From Gemmatimonadota bacterium (GTDB taxonomy: Bacteria > Gemmatimonadota > Gemmatimonadetes > Gemmatimonadales > Gemmatimonadaceae), in the NCBI GenBank assembly GCA_031372565.1, contig JANMLN010000003.1, forward strand, positions 1 through 57,760: a stretch of DNA of 57,760 bases, in the 5' to 3' direction. Made by a program: the position numbers and the translations under genes. Each line of letters begins with the position of its first letter. Position 1 is the stretch's first letter. This document shows, one piece after another, positions 17,541 to 28,400 of this stretch. Below the pieces are notes generated by a model. It ran no database searches. It saw only the letters and a list, made by a program, of their open reading frames with translations, and had not been told where the DNA came from.

Positions 17541-19406
17541 CTACTTGCCCCAGTGCCCGCCGAAGATGAGCCGCAACACGCTGAGCCGGTCCTGCCGCTG
17601 CGCACGACTCAGCAGCGCCACCTTGTTGAACTCGATCGATTGGGCGGTATAGTCCACGCCAACCGTGAACCAGGACACGCGCCATCGCACTCCCGCGTTC
17701 GCGCCCAGCATGGTCGAAATGCTCGGCGTGATGTCCACCCCCGCCATGTCAACCTGCTGTCCCTTCGCGCTTACACTCGGGAAATACGTCGCACCAATAT
17801 TGAGCGTGACCCGGTCGCCAAACAGGTTGAACTTGCCGTCGAGTCCCGTACGCACCATCGACCACTTCTCGAGGTTGCTGTACAGCTTGCGTCCCACGAA
17901 ACGCGCTCCGTACCCGACGCGCAGCACGAAGCCGTCGATCGGCTCATACCCCAGATCGCCGCGCGTGTCGCTGAAGGCGCCGTCGAAGATGTTCGTGACG
18001 GTCCCGCTCGTCGCCTTCAGGTCGCCGGTCAGGAAATTTCCGTCGAGGAAGAAACCGCGCCCGATCTCGACGCGCCCCGAGAGGCCATACAGCAGCCCGC
18101 CAGTCGCCCACACCGTGCCCAGCGTATCGCCGAAGGTCCGGTACTCCGCCTGTGCAACCGTCGGTGTGATCACCCAGGTGCGTCCCTTCGCCTTGCCGGC
18201 ACGCAGCCCCGCGTCGATGATCTGCGCAATGGCCGCACTGTCAGCAGCCGCGGACCCGGCACCAGCTCCCGTGCTGGCGAACGTCGCCACCTGACCACGG
18301 GGCGCGATGTAGGTGCCCGCGATCGGACGGTTCGACGATCCGGCGGGAGGCAGCACGGGCGCACTGGGCAGCGGAGCTGGTGCCGGCGCCGCGCCACCAA
18401 CGACCGAGACGACACCGCCCACCGGCACACCACCGCCAGCGGCGGGCGTGGCCTGCACGGTCGCGGACTGCACCACCACCGGACGTGCGCGCGCCAGCAC
18501 CGGCATGGTACGCCCCGCAGGCAGCGGGCCGAGCACATTCACCACCACCGTATCCACCGCGTTGTCGAAGCGCGCGGTGATCATGCCGACGCCTTCTGCC
18601 TTGCCGAGGATCGTCCCGCCCGTCGACTCGACCTCGACGATCTCGGGCGTGAGGGACGTCCACGCCCCGCGCGCGTCGCTGATCGGCTTGCCGAGGCGGT
18701 CAAAGGCCTGCACGGCCAGGCGCGTCGTGTCGCCGGCGACGGCCAGCGACACCGTGTCACCACCGAGAACCTTCGCCGCAAAGATCGCCTGCTGCACGAC
18801 AATCTTGAGATCGTCGCGCACGAGGCCGCGCCTGCACGCGAGCGTCGCGGCACCGTTGGCCTTGGCCAACAGTCTCGCCCCCGAAATGGATACAGTCCCT
18901 CGCCCGCCATCGTCCTTGATCGTGCAGGCGGTCAACGGGAAGTCGCCGCGCACGACGTTGCCGCGCGTGTCGCGCTGTTCGGCGCGCAGCTGCGCCGAGG
19001 CACCGATGGCGTCGAAGATGAGCGGGTTCGCCACGTTCCAGCCGAGCTTGGCCGCGCGCTGCTCCACGGTGACGACCGCGAAGACCGAATCGGTCCCCGC
19101 CTTCGCCCAGATGCGCGTCGTCCCGTTCTTCATGGCGATGACCGCGCCTGACGCCGTCGCAGTCGCGATGGCGTCGTCTTCCGAGGACCACTCAAGCGGC
19201 ACGCCAGCCAGTGGCTTGAAGTTCTCGCCGAAGATGCGGGCAGACAGGAGCGCCGTGTCACCCAGGGCGGTGAGCCGGTACAGGCCGCGCGAGAGCGCCA
19301 CGACGCGTGCTTCGCTGCCCGGGGTCCGCTTGACGATCTGGGCGGACACGACCGCAGGAGTGAGCAGGGCGGCCAATGCGGCCGCCGTCAGACGACGATG
19401 GATCAC
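17541..19406 (-). CDS. Exported protein with Ig-like (Big_2-type) domains, Pro/Ala linker and probable C-terminal outer-membrane beta-barrel
   Basis: Signal peptide; WSSEDDAIAT..G.VIAMKNGTTRI and WTSLTPEIVEV..G.ILGKAEG motifs; last ~210 aa show alternating amphipathic strands. Confidence 0.75.
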   Translation of the reverse strand: MIHRRLTAAALAALLTPAVVSAQIVKRTPGSEARVVALSRGLYRLTALGDTALLSARIFGENFKPLAGVPLEWSSEDDAIATATASGAVIAMKNGTTRIWAKAGTDSVFAVVTVEQRAAKLGWNVANPLIFDAIGASAQLRAEQRDTRGNVVRGDFPLTACTIKDDGGRGTVSISGARLLAKANGAATLACRRGLVRDDLKIVVQQAIFAAKVLGGDTVSLAVAGDTTRLAVQAFDRLGKPISDARGAWTSLTPEIVEVESTGGTILGKAEGVGMITARFDNAVDTVVVNVLGPLPAGRTMPVLARARPVVVQSATVQATPAAGGGVPVGGVVSVVGGAAPAPAPLPSAPVLPPAGSSNRPIAGTYIAPRGQVATFASTGAGAGSAAADSAAIAQIIDAGLRAGKAKGRTWVITPTVAQAEYRTFGDTLGTVWATGGLLYGLSGRVEIGRGFFLDGNFLTGDLKATSGTVTNIFDGAFSDTRGDLGYEPIDGFVLRVGYGARFVGRKLYSNLEKWSMVRTGLDGKFNLFGDRVTLNIGATYFPSVSAKGQQVDMAGVDITPSISTMLGANAGVRWRVSWFTVGVDYTAQSIEFNKVALLSRAQRQDRLSVLRLIFGGHWGK

Positions 19407-20500
19407 CGTGCCCCCAGCGCCGGAACGAGCAGAATGGTCTTGGCGTCGATGCGCTGCTGATTGCGGCCCGCGCGCTCGAGGTTGAGCTGCCGCCGCGCTT
19501 CACGCCTGCGCCCGTTCTCCGCCACGTTCTCCGGAATCGACCGGTCGTTGGAGCGCTGCACGAGCGCGAACAGTCCGACCCCCGCACCGAGGCCGGCGGC
19601 CACCGCGCCACTCCCCAGCGTCGCGTCGAGCTTCGAGGCGTTGCCGATCACGCTGCTGGCCAGGAAGGCCGTGCCCGCCACGGCGAGCCCCTTCATGAGA
19701 TCACTCCACGGCGCGAACCCCGACGCCTTCTCGGGGAGCAGCTCGTCCGGCTTGAAATCACGAAGTTCTTCCTCGAGCGGGTCGTTGATCCAGCGCAGCT
19801 GAAACGCGTAGCTCACCGAGTCCTGCCGTCCGATCATGCTCGGCAGCTTGAGCTTGTCGTCACCGGCGAACTGGCTCTCGCCCGTGATGACGAGATCGTA
19901 GATCCCCTCGGGCACGGCTTGTCCGTCGATGCCGGTGCCGTTCCACGACACGTTGCGTGCGCCATCGATGTCCTGCCCCGTGAAGAGCCGCACGGGGACC
20001 CCCGGCGCATCGGTGCGCCGCACCGACACGTTGAGCCGCCCCGAATGCGAGGTCACCGTGTTGAAGGTGAAGACGCGGCCGGAGCGTGCGGGAATCGAGT
20101 CGCGATCGAGGCGCCCGGCCACGCGGAAGATCGCCTTCTTGGCGTCGCTGAAGACCGAGCGTTCCTTGTCGGTGAACTTGTTCGGATCCAGGTCGGTGAA
20201 CGGATTGCGAAGAATGGCGCCCTGAAAGAAGATCTTGGCGGAGTCGGCTTGTCCGAGCGAGGCGTACGCCGCCCCCATGTACTTGAACGCGGTCACGCGC
20301 TGGTCTTCGGTCACCGGGAAGGGCGACGTGGGCGACACCACCTGGAGGAAGGTGCGGAGCGCCGCCTGCACTTCCAGGTTTTCGTACGCCGCGATGGCCT
20401 TGGCGATGTTGTCTTCGGCCGACTGTGCGTGCGCGCGTCCCGCCGAGGCGGCGAGCAGGGCGCACAGCACGAAGCAAGCAGCGACGAGCCGTCGTACCAT
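19403..20500 (-). CDS. Exported protein with TPR-like N-terminus, FlgD-Ig-like domain and C-terminal hydrophobic hairpin
   Basis: Signal peptide; AFKYMGAAYASLGQADSAKIFF (TPR-like); VSWNGTGIDGQAVPEGIY (FlgD_ig-like). Confidence 0.75.
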   Translation of the reverse strand: MVRRLVAACFVLCALLAASAGRAHAQSAEDNIAKAIAAYENLEVQAALRTFLQVVSPTSPFPVTEDQRVTAFKYMGAAYASLGQADSAKIFFQGAILRNPFTDLDPNKFTDKERSVFSDAKKAIFRVAGRLDRDSIPARSGRVFTFNTVTSHSGRLNVSVRRTDAPGVPVRLFTGQDIDGARNVSWNGTGIDGQAVPEGIYDLVITGESQFAGDDKLKLPSMIGRQDSVSYAFQLRWINDPLEEELRDFKPDELLPEKASGFAPWSDLMKGLAVAGTAFLASSVIGNASKLDATLGSGAVAAGLGAGVGLFALVQRSNDRSIPENVAENGRRREARRQLNLERAGRNQQRIDAKTILLVPALGAR

Positions 20501-22296
20501 TACGGACCTCCGGTCTTCGTCAGCGTCACCTTGCCGAGGCTCACGGGCGTATTGGCCTGGACGGTGATCGAGATCGACTTGGTGTCATAGCCGTCCGCAC
20601 TGACTCGCACGGTGTGATTGCCTGCGCGCACCTTCGCGCCGATGACGCGGCCGGAGCCGATCGCGGCGCCATCGAGCGAGATGTTGGCGAAGACGGGATC
20701 GGCGGCCACGGTCAGCGTGCCTTCACCCACGGGTGCCGCGGGTTCAGGCGCGGACGCGACACGGGTTGTCGTCGGCGGCGGCGTCTTGGGCGGCGGTGCG
20801 GCAACGGCTTCCTTGTCCATCGCGAGCTCGACGGTGAACGTCTTGCCTGCCGGGACGCGCACCGCTTCGCTGACCGTCTTGTAGCCTGGCGCCTTGACCT
20901 TGTAGATGACGTCGCCGCGCGGGAAATAGCCCGAATCGCCTTCAAACGGCTTGTCGTCGATGGTGATCGTGGCACCCGGAGGCAGCTTCGCGAACTTCAC
21001 ATACCCGCTCTCGGCGGCCACCGGCACTGGGGCCGCGCCACCAGTCACGGTACCGGCCTCGGTCTTCGGCTTGTTGCCAAACATGAAGTAGGCACCGGCG
21101 GCGGCGCCCACGAGGGCGACACCACCGACGATCATGCCGGTGTTCGACTTGGGCGCTTCGACCGCCTTGGTCGATCCGGTGACGCCGCGCGTGCGCACCG
21201 GCGCCAGATTCGGCATGCTCGCGGCCTTGGGCATGACCCCGGTGGGCGCGAGCGGCGGCAGCGACGCGGTGCGGATCTTGGGGATCGAGTCACCCGTTCC
21301 GGTGGCGATCGCCTTGAGCATGTTCTGCCCGTCGCGCTTGGTCGTGCCCGGCGGGTCGGGCACGGCATCAAACGCATCGGCAAAGAGCTGCGTGGAGGCG
21401 TAGCGGTCGTCGACGTCCTTGTTGAGCGCGCGGTAGATGACCTGCAGCAACTCCTCGGGCACGTCATCGCGCACGGCCCCGATATCGGGCACCGGGGTCA
21501 TGTAGTGATGCTGGATGATCCCCATGACCGAGTCGGCGTCGAACGGCACTTCGCCCGTGAGCATCTGGAACGCCATGATGCCGAGCGAGTACTGGTCCGA
21601 CTGCGGGCCGACCTTGAGGCCGCCGCACTGCTCGGGGCTCATGAAGTACGGCGTGCCGATGATCATGCCGGAGGCCGTCATCGACTTCTCCTCGACCGCG
21701 CGCGCGATGCCGAAGTCGCTGACGAGCACGCGACCATCCTTGTCGATCAGGATGTTGGCGCCCTTGATGTCGCGATGGACGATACCGTGGTCGTGCGCGT
21801 AGGCCAGCGCGTGCGCGGAGGCGCGGAGCACCTCGAGCACGATGGGCACGGGCAGCGGACCCTGCTGCTCGATCATCGTGTCGACCGCCTTGCCTTCCAC
21901 GAACTTCATGGACATGTAGAGCAGGTTGCCGGCCTGCGCTACGCGATAGACCGGAATGATGTTCTGGTGGTCGAGCGACGCCGCCATGCGCGCTTCGCGC
22001 TTGAACCGCTCGGCGGTGTTGCCCGTGGCTGTTTCGGGCGGCACGACCTTGAGCGCGACGGTGCGATTGAGCGCGACCTCGACGGCCTTGTACACGACCG
22101 CCATGCCGCCGCGGCCGAGTTCCTTTTCGACTTCGTAGTCGCCGGAAAGCTCCTTCTTGAGTGACGCGAGGATGGGGTCCTCGGGCACCTTGAAGGTGAT
22201 GGTCGCGGCCCCGGGATCGTTGACCTGGGGCGCGCCGCAGCTGGAGCAGAAGACTGCGCCGTCGGCGAGTTCAGCGCTGCAGTTTGAGCAACTCAT
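20500..22296 (-). CDS. Hanks-type membrane Ser/Thr kinase with N-terminal zinc ribbon and C-terminal PEGA-like domains
   Basis: CSNC/CSSC; LGRGGMAVVY, VALK, HRDIKGAN, SDFG, GTPYFMSPE, SDQYSLG; one TM helix; KAPGYK and SADGYD PEGA-like motifs. Confidence 0.95.
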   Translation of the reverse strand: MSCSNCSAELADGAVFCSSCGAPQVNDPGAATITFKVPEDPILASLKKELSGDYEVEKELGRGGMAVVYKAVEVALNRTVALKVVPPETATGNTAERFKREARMAASLDHQNIIPVYRVAQAGNLLYMSMKFVEGKAVDTMIEQQGPLPVPIVLEVLRASAHALAYAHDHGIVHRDIKGANILIDKDGRVLVSDFGIARAVEEKSMTASGMIIGTPYFMSPEQCGGLKVGPQSDQYSLGIMAFQMLTGEVPFDADSVMGIIQHHYMTPVPDIGAVRDDVPEELLQVIYRALNKDVDDRYASTQLFADAFDAVPDPPGTTKRDGQNMLKAIATGTGDSIPKIRTASLPPLAPTGVMPKAASMPNLAPVRTRGVTGSTKAVEAPKSNTGMIVGGVALVGAAAGAYFMFGNKPKTEAGTVTGGAAPVPVAAESGYVKFAKLPPGATITIDDKPFEGDSGYFPRGDVIYKVKAPGYKTVSEAVRVPAGKTFTVELAMDKEAVAAPPPKTPPPTTTRVASAPEPAAPVGEGTLTVAADPVFANISLDGAAIGSGRVIGAKVRAGNHTVRVSADGYDTKSISITVQANTPVSLGKVTLTKTGGP

Positions 22297-22358
22297 GGTG
22301 CCGCCACGTGCATGGGGAGAGCGGATACGAAGCCATCGTCGGCTCGGAATCCGGATCG

Positions 22359-22374
22359 TGTGACAAAGGTCACA
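22359..22374. promoter_or_regulatory. CRP/FNR-family binding site upstream of the kinase operon
   Basis: TGTGA-CAAAGG-TCACA, an exact TGTGA-N6-TCACA match. Confidence 0.65.
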
Positions 22375-22468
22375 CTTTCACTGCCCGAAACGTGCACGAG
22401 CGGTGCCCGCAGCGCAATAGCGGAATCGGTCAGAGTGACCGGGGTGGCGCAGTCCATCGGGAGGGGGA

Positions 22469-25400
22469 TCACGGCGGGATGACGATGGGGCCCGTCTGAA
22501 CCTGGATGGCGCCTGTGGTGAAGGTGATTGTGTAGGAGTCGCCGGTCACCACTGTCGCGAGTCCCAAGCTCCACGTGATCTGACCAGACGAGTTGGTCGA
22601 CAGCGTGGCGGTGCCGGTCAGCGCGCCGGTTTGGGCGCTCGGATCAAGCGTGGCCGCCACGCTGACCCCCGCACCCACCGCGTTGCCGTACTGATCTCGA
22701 ACGGTGATGACCGGCTGCTGTGTGAACGCACCCGTGTTGTCCGCCACCGGCGCTTGGTCGATCGTGATCTGCGTCGGCACGTCAACGGTGCCGGTGGCAT
22801 TGAAGGTGACCGGGCTCCCGGTGAGGCCGGTGCTCGTCGCCGTCATCGCGTTGGCGCCAGTTACGGTGCCCAATGTCCAGGAGGTCACGGCCGCAATGCC
22901 GCCCGCATCGGTCGTGGCCGACCCGCCCACCACGCCGCCGCCGCCAACCGTTACAGCGAAGGTCACGCTCACGTTACTGACCGGGTTATTACCGGCGTCC
23001 TTCACAATGACGCTCGGCGCTGTGCCGACCGCGTTGCCGACGACCGCGGACTGCGTCAGGCTGCTGTTCGCCGCGATCTGCGTTGCGGCCCCCACCGTGA
23101 GACTGAAGCTGGCCGAGGTCACGCCCGTCAACCCGGTCGACGCGAAGTCGAGCGTCTTCGAGCCCACCAGACCCGTCATCGTGAGCCCGGTGAAGGTTGC
23201 GACGCCCGAGACGTCGGTCATCACCGAGCCAACGGCCGTCACCGTGCCGCCAGCCGCTGTCACGCTGACAGCGACCGACACGCCGGACTGACTCACGTGA
23301 TTGCCGAACGCGTCCGTGAGACGCACGCTTGGCGCCGTCGACATCGCGACGGCATTCGCCACGGTGCTCGGTTCCACGACCATCACCAGTTGAGTCGCCG
23401 TGCCCGCCGTGCCGGTGGCGCTGAACGCCACGGGGCTACCGGTCAGTCCGGCGCTCGACGCCTCGAGCGAATTCGCCCCCGCCGTATTGCCGAGTGTCCA
23501 GGTCACCGACGCCAAGCCACCCGCGTTGGTGGTGGCCGCGCCACCGCCCGACACGCTGCCGCCACCGGTCAGGTTGGCGAAGGTGACGCTCACCCCCGCC
23601 ACAGGGTTGTTATGCACGTCGCGGACGATCACCGTCGGCGTGACCGAGGTGCCCACGGTCGCGCTCTGACCGTCACCGCTCGAGACCGCGATCTGCGTCG
23701 GCGCACCCGCGGTGCCGGTGGCGGTGAAGCTGAGCGGGCTGCCCGTGAGCCCGGTGCTGGTGGCCGAGAGCGAGTTCGCACCGGCCGTGGTTCCCAGTGT
23801 CCAGGAGGTGACGGTCGCGATGCCGCTGGCATCCGTCGTGGCACTGCCACCCAACACGCTGCCCCCGCCCCCGCTCACGGCGAACGTGACGCTCACTCCG
23901 CTCACGGGATTGTTGTTCGCGTCCTGCACCAGCGCGCTCGGCGGCGTGGTCACGGCGGTGCCCACCGTCGCGCTCTGCCCGTTGCCGGCGTTGATCGAGA
24001 TCTGCGTCGGAGCGCCCACCGTGCCGGTCGCATCGAACGTGACCGGGCTCCCGGTGAGGCCGGTGACGGTCGCCTGCACCTGGTTCGCACCAACCGTCGT
24101 CCCCAGTGTCCAGCTCGTCAGCGTCGCCACGCCATTCACGTCGGTCGTCACCGTCGACCCGCTCACGGGTGAGGTGCTGCCGCCGCCCGACGTCACCGTG
24201 AACGTCACGTTCACGCCGCTCTTCGGGTTGTTGTTCGCATCCCGCACGAGCACGCTCGGCGGCGCGCTCACCGTGGTGCCGGCCGTCGCCGACTGCGTCA
24301 CGCTGCTGTTCGCCGCGATCTGCGTTGCCGCGCCCGCCGTGCCGGTCGCATCGAACGTGACCGGGCTCCCGGTGAGGCCGGTGACGGTCGCCTCGACCTG
24401 GTTCGCACCCGCCGTCGTCCCCAGCGTCCAGCTCGTCAGCGTCGCCACGCCATTCACGTCGGTCGTCACCGTCGACCCGCTCACGGGGGAGGTGCTGCCG
24501 CCGCCCGACGTCACCGTGAACGTCACGGCCACGCCACTCTTCGGGTTGTTGTTCGCATCCCGCACGATCACGCTCGGCGGCGCGCTCACCGCCGTGCCGA
24601 CCGTCGCCGACTGCGACACGCTGCTGTTCGCCGCGATCTGCGTTGCCGCACCGGCCGTGGCCGTCGCCGTCCACTGCGCAGTCGTCACCGAGCCGCTGCT
24701 GATGGAAGCGGTCAGCGTCTGAGTTCCAGCAGTAGTTCCGAGCGTCCACGTGGTCGCGGCCACGCCCGACCCATTGGTCACAGCGGAGGTCGGCGAGCGA
24801 GAGCCCGCGCTCGGCGCATTGAAGGTCACCGTGACCCCGGGCACCGGGTTGCCGCCGACATCGAGCACCGTGGCCGAGATCGGATGCGCCGCCCCCGCGA
24901 CGTCAGTGAACGTGGCGCCCACCGCGCGCAGCGTGTCGGGCGAACCCACCGTGAAGGTGATGTTGCCGGTCGTCGCGCTGGTCAGGCCGCTCGAGGTGAA
25001 GACGAGTGTCTTCGTCGTGGTATTGCCCTGAACATAGAGATTCGTGTGCGTGACCACGCCGGCCACGGCGTTGCGCGTATCCGTGCCCTTCAAGGTGCCG
25101 CCGCCCGACGCGATCGCGCCGACCACCGATACGGTGCTGTTCGTGACGACGTTGTTCGACACGTCCTGCACCTCGATGATCGGCTGCGTGCTGAACACGG
25201 TGCCAACCTGACCGGACGTCGGCTGCTGTGTGAGCACCAACTTCGTGGCGGTACCGAAGCTCAGGGTGATCGGCGTCGCGTCGACCGTCGCCGTACCCGC
25301 GGTGAAGGTCAGCGTGATCGAGCCCACCATACCGGAGAGCTGCAGCCCGGTGAACGTCGCGACGCCCGAGCCGTTCGTGGTCGCCGTGCTGCCGGCCGAG

Positions 25401-28400
25401 ACCGTGCGACCACCCGAGGCGGTCGCGGTCACGGTGACGCCGCTCAGCGTGTTGCTGCCTGCGTCACGCACGGTGACCGTCGGCGACGGCGTCATCGTCG
25501 TGGCCACCGCCACGTTCGTCGGGGCCGTACCGATCGTGACGGTTGCCGGAGCGCCCGCTCCGAGCGTAATCGCGGTCGACGTGGCGGAGGCTGTGCCCGC
25601 CGTGAAGGTGAGCGTGACCGAGCCTGCGGAGCCGCTCAACTGAAGCGCACCGAAGGTCGCAACACCCGAGCCATTCGTGCTGGCCGTGTTGCCGGCCGAC
25701 ACCGTGCGACCACCCGAGGCGGTCGCGGTCACGGTGATGCCGCTCAGCAGGTTGTTGGCCTGGTCACGCACGGTGACGGTCGGCGACGGCGACATCGTCG
25801 TCGCCACGGTCACGTCCGTCGGGGCGGTGCCGATCTGGACGGAGGCCGGCGCGCCGACCGAGAGCGTGATCGCGCTCGCCGTTGCCGTGGCAGTGCCGGT
25901 GGCCGCCGTGAAGGTGAGCTGCGTCGACTGCGGCGTGCCGGTCAGCTGCAGCGCGTTGAAGGTTGCCACGCCCGAGCCGTTGGTGACCGCGCTTCCGCCG
26001 CCCAGCACCGTCGCGGTACCCGACGCCGTCACGTTGACCGTGACGCCGCTCAGCGTGTTGCCGCCCGCATCCGTGATCGTGATCGTCGGCGCTGGCGACA
26101 TGGTCGCCGCGACCGCCACGTTCGTCGGCACCTGGTTGATGGTCGCCGTGTTCGAGAGGCCTGCCGTGAGGTTGAACGCCGCCGAGGTCTGCGTCGCCGT
26201 GCCCGCCGTGTAGGTCAGCGTGCGCGAGCCGGTCGAGCCCGAGAGTTGCAGGCCGGTGAACGTCGCGACGCCCGACCCATTGGTGGTCGCCGATCCGCCC
26301 GCCGTCACCGTCACGCTGTTCGAGGCCGTCACGGTCACCAACTGGCTCGGCACCACGTTGCCGCCCGCGTCCGTCACCGTCACGCTCGGCGCGGGTGACA
26401 TGCTGGTGCCGACCGCCACCGTCGAGGTCGCCACCGTGTTCGCGACCGCGAAGGCCGGGCCGACGCTGAGCGTGATGGCGCTCGACGTCGCGGTCGCGGC
26501 ACCCGCCGTGAAGGTCATCGTGCGCGAACCGATCGTGCCCGTGAGCTGCACACCGGTGAAGGTCGCCACGCCCGAGGGGTTGGTCGTCGCACTGTTGCCC
26601 GCGCTGACCGTCACGCCGTTACTCGCGGTCGCCGTCACGCTGATGTTGTTCAGCACGTTGTTGCCCGCATCACGCACCGTGACCGTGGGCGACACCGACA
26701 TGTTGGTCGCGACCGCGACGCTCACCGGCGCGGTGCCGATGGTCATGGTCGAGGGCGCGCCGACCGACAGCGTGATCGCGCCCGAGGTCGCGGTGGCCGA
26801 GCCGGTGGCGCTCGTGAAGGTGATCGTCGGCGTACCGATCGTGCCCACCAGCGTCACGCCCGTGAATGTTGCGACACCCGACGCGTTCGTGACGGCGGTG
26901 GCACCGCCCGTCACCGAGACGCCGCCCGAGGCCGTGAGCGTCACCGTGACGCCGGACACCGGGTTCGTGCCCGCGTCCGTGATCGTGACCGAGGGCGACA
27001 CGCCCATCGTTGCGGCAACGGCCACGCTCACCGGCGCTGTTCCGATGACGGCCGTGGTCGGCAGGCCGGCCACCGGGGTCAACGTCGGGGAGTTGATGGT
27101 CAGACTCCCCGCCGTGAAGGTGATCACGCGGTCGCCGAGCAGTCCGGTAATACCAAGGTTGCCAAAGGCGGCGACGCCCGAGCCCGACGTGGTGACCGAC
27201 GTGGTTCCCGTGAGGGTACCTGCGCCGCTGAAGAGGCTGGCCACGACCTGCACACCGGACGATGACACGGCGTTCCCGCTCACGTCAGCCAACTGCACGG
27301 CGGGCTGTTGCACGAACGCTGCGCCGATGGCGGGGCCGCTGGTCGGTGCCTGGCTGAGCACGATCTGCGCGAGGGCGCCCGCCGCGTTGATGTTGACACC
27401 GCTGGACGTGACGAACGTCAGGCCATTCGACGCGAAGGTGAGCGTCCGCGATCCGAGAGTGCCGCGGAGGCGCAGATCCGTGAACGTGGCGAGCCCGGTC
27501 GGATCGGTGGTGGCCGACAGCGTACCGAGCAGGCTGCCGCCGCCCGACCCGATGGAAGCGTTGACCGTGACCCCCGAGTTGCTCACCGCGTTGCCGCTCG
27601 CATCGCGCAACTGCACGGTGACCGTGCTGAGCACCGCATCGTTCGCGGTGGTGGCCGGCGGAGCGGTGATGATGGCGAGCTGCGTGGCTACACCCGCGCC
27701 GAGCGAGAAGCTGGCCGACGTCACCGCGGTGAGCGCGCCGCTCGCGAAGCTCAGCGTGCGAGCGCCCGCGGTACCCAGAATCGACAGGTTGGTGAAGGTC
27801 GCCACACCATTGACGACCGTCACACCGGCGGTGCCGGACAGGGTGCCGCCGCCAGAACCGATGCTGGCGGTGACCGTGCCGCTGTACGAGGTGGCGACGT
27901 TGCCCGACGCATCGAGCACGCGCACGACCGGCTGCGTGCCGAACGCGGCACCGCTGTTCGCGCCCGCCGGTTCCGTGACCATTGCCAAGGCGGTGCCCGC
28001 GCCCGCGCCCAACGTGAAGGGCGACGTGATGCTGCGCGTGCCGTCCGTGAAGGACAGCGTGTAGCTGCCAGCCGTGCCGGTGGCGGTGAGGCCCGAGAAG
28101 GTCGCGATACCGCCCGTGATCGTGGCGGTCGCCGAGGTGAGCGACGCGCCCGACCCGATGGATGCGGTGACCGTGCCGGTCGCCGTCGTCACCAGGTTGA
28201 GTGCGCCGTCGAGCACGCGCACCACCGGCTGAGCGCTGAGCGCCGCGCCTGACCCGGCGCTTGCCGACGGCGCGGTGCCGAAGGCGAGCGACGCGGCCGC
28301 GCCAGCCGACAGCGCGACGCTCGACTGCACCGACCGCGTGCCATCCGTGAAGGTCAGCGTGTAGCTGCCCGCCGAGCCCGTGAGCGTCAGCGAGGACAGC

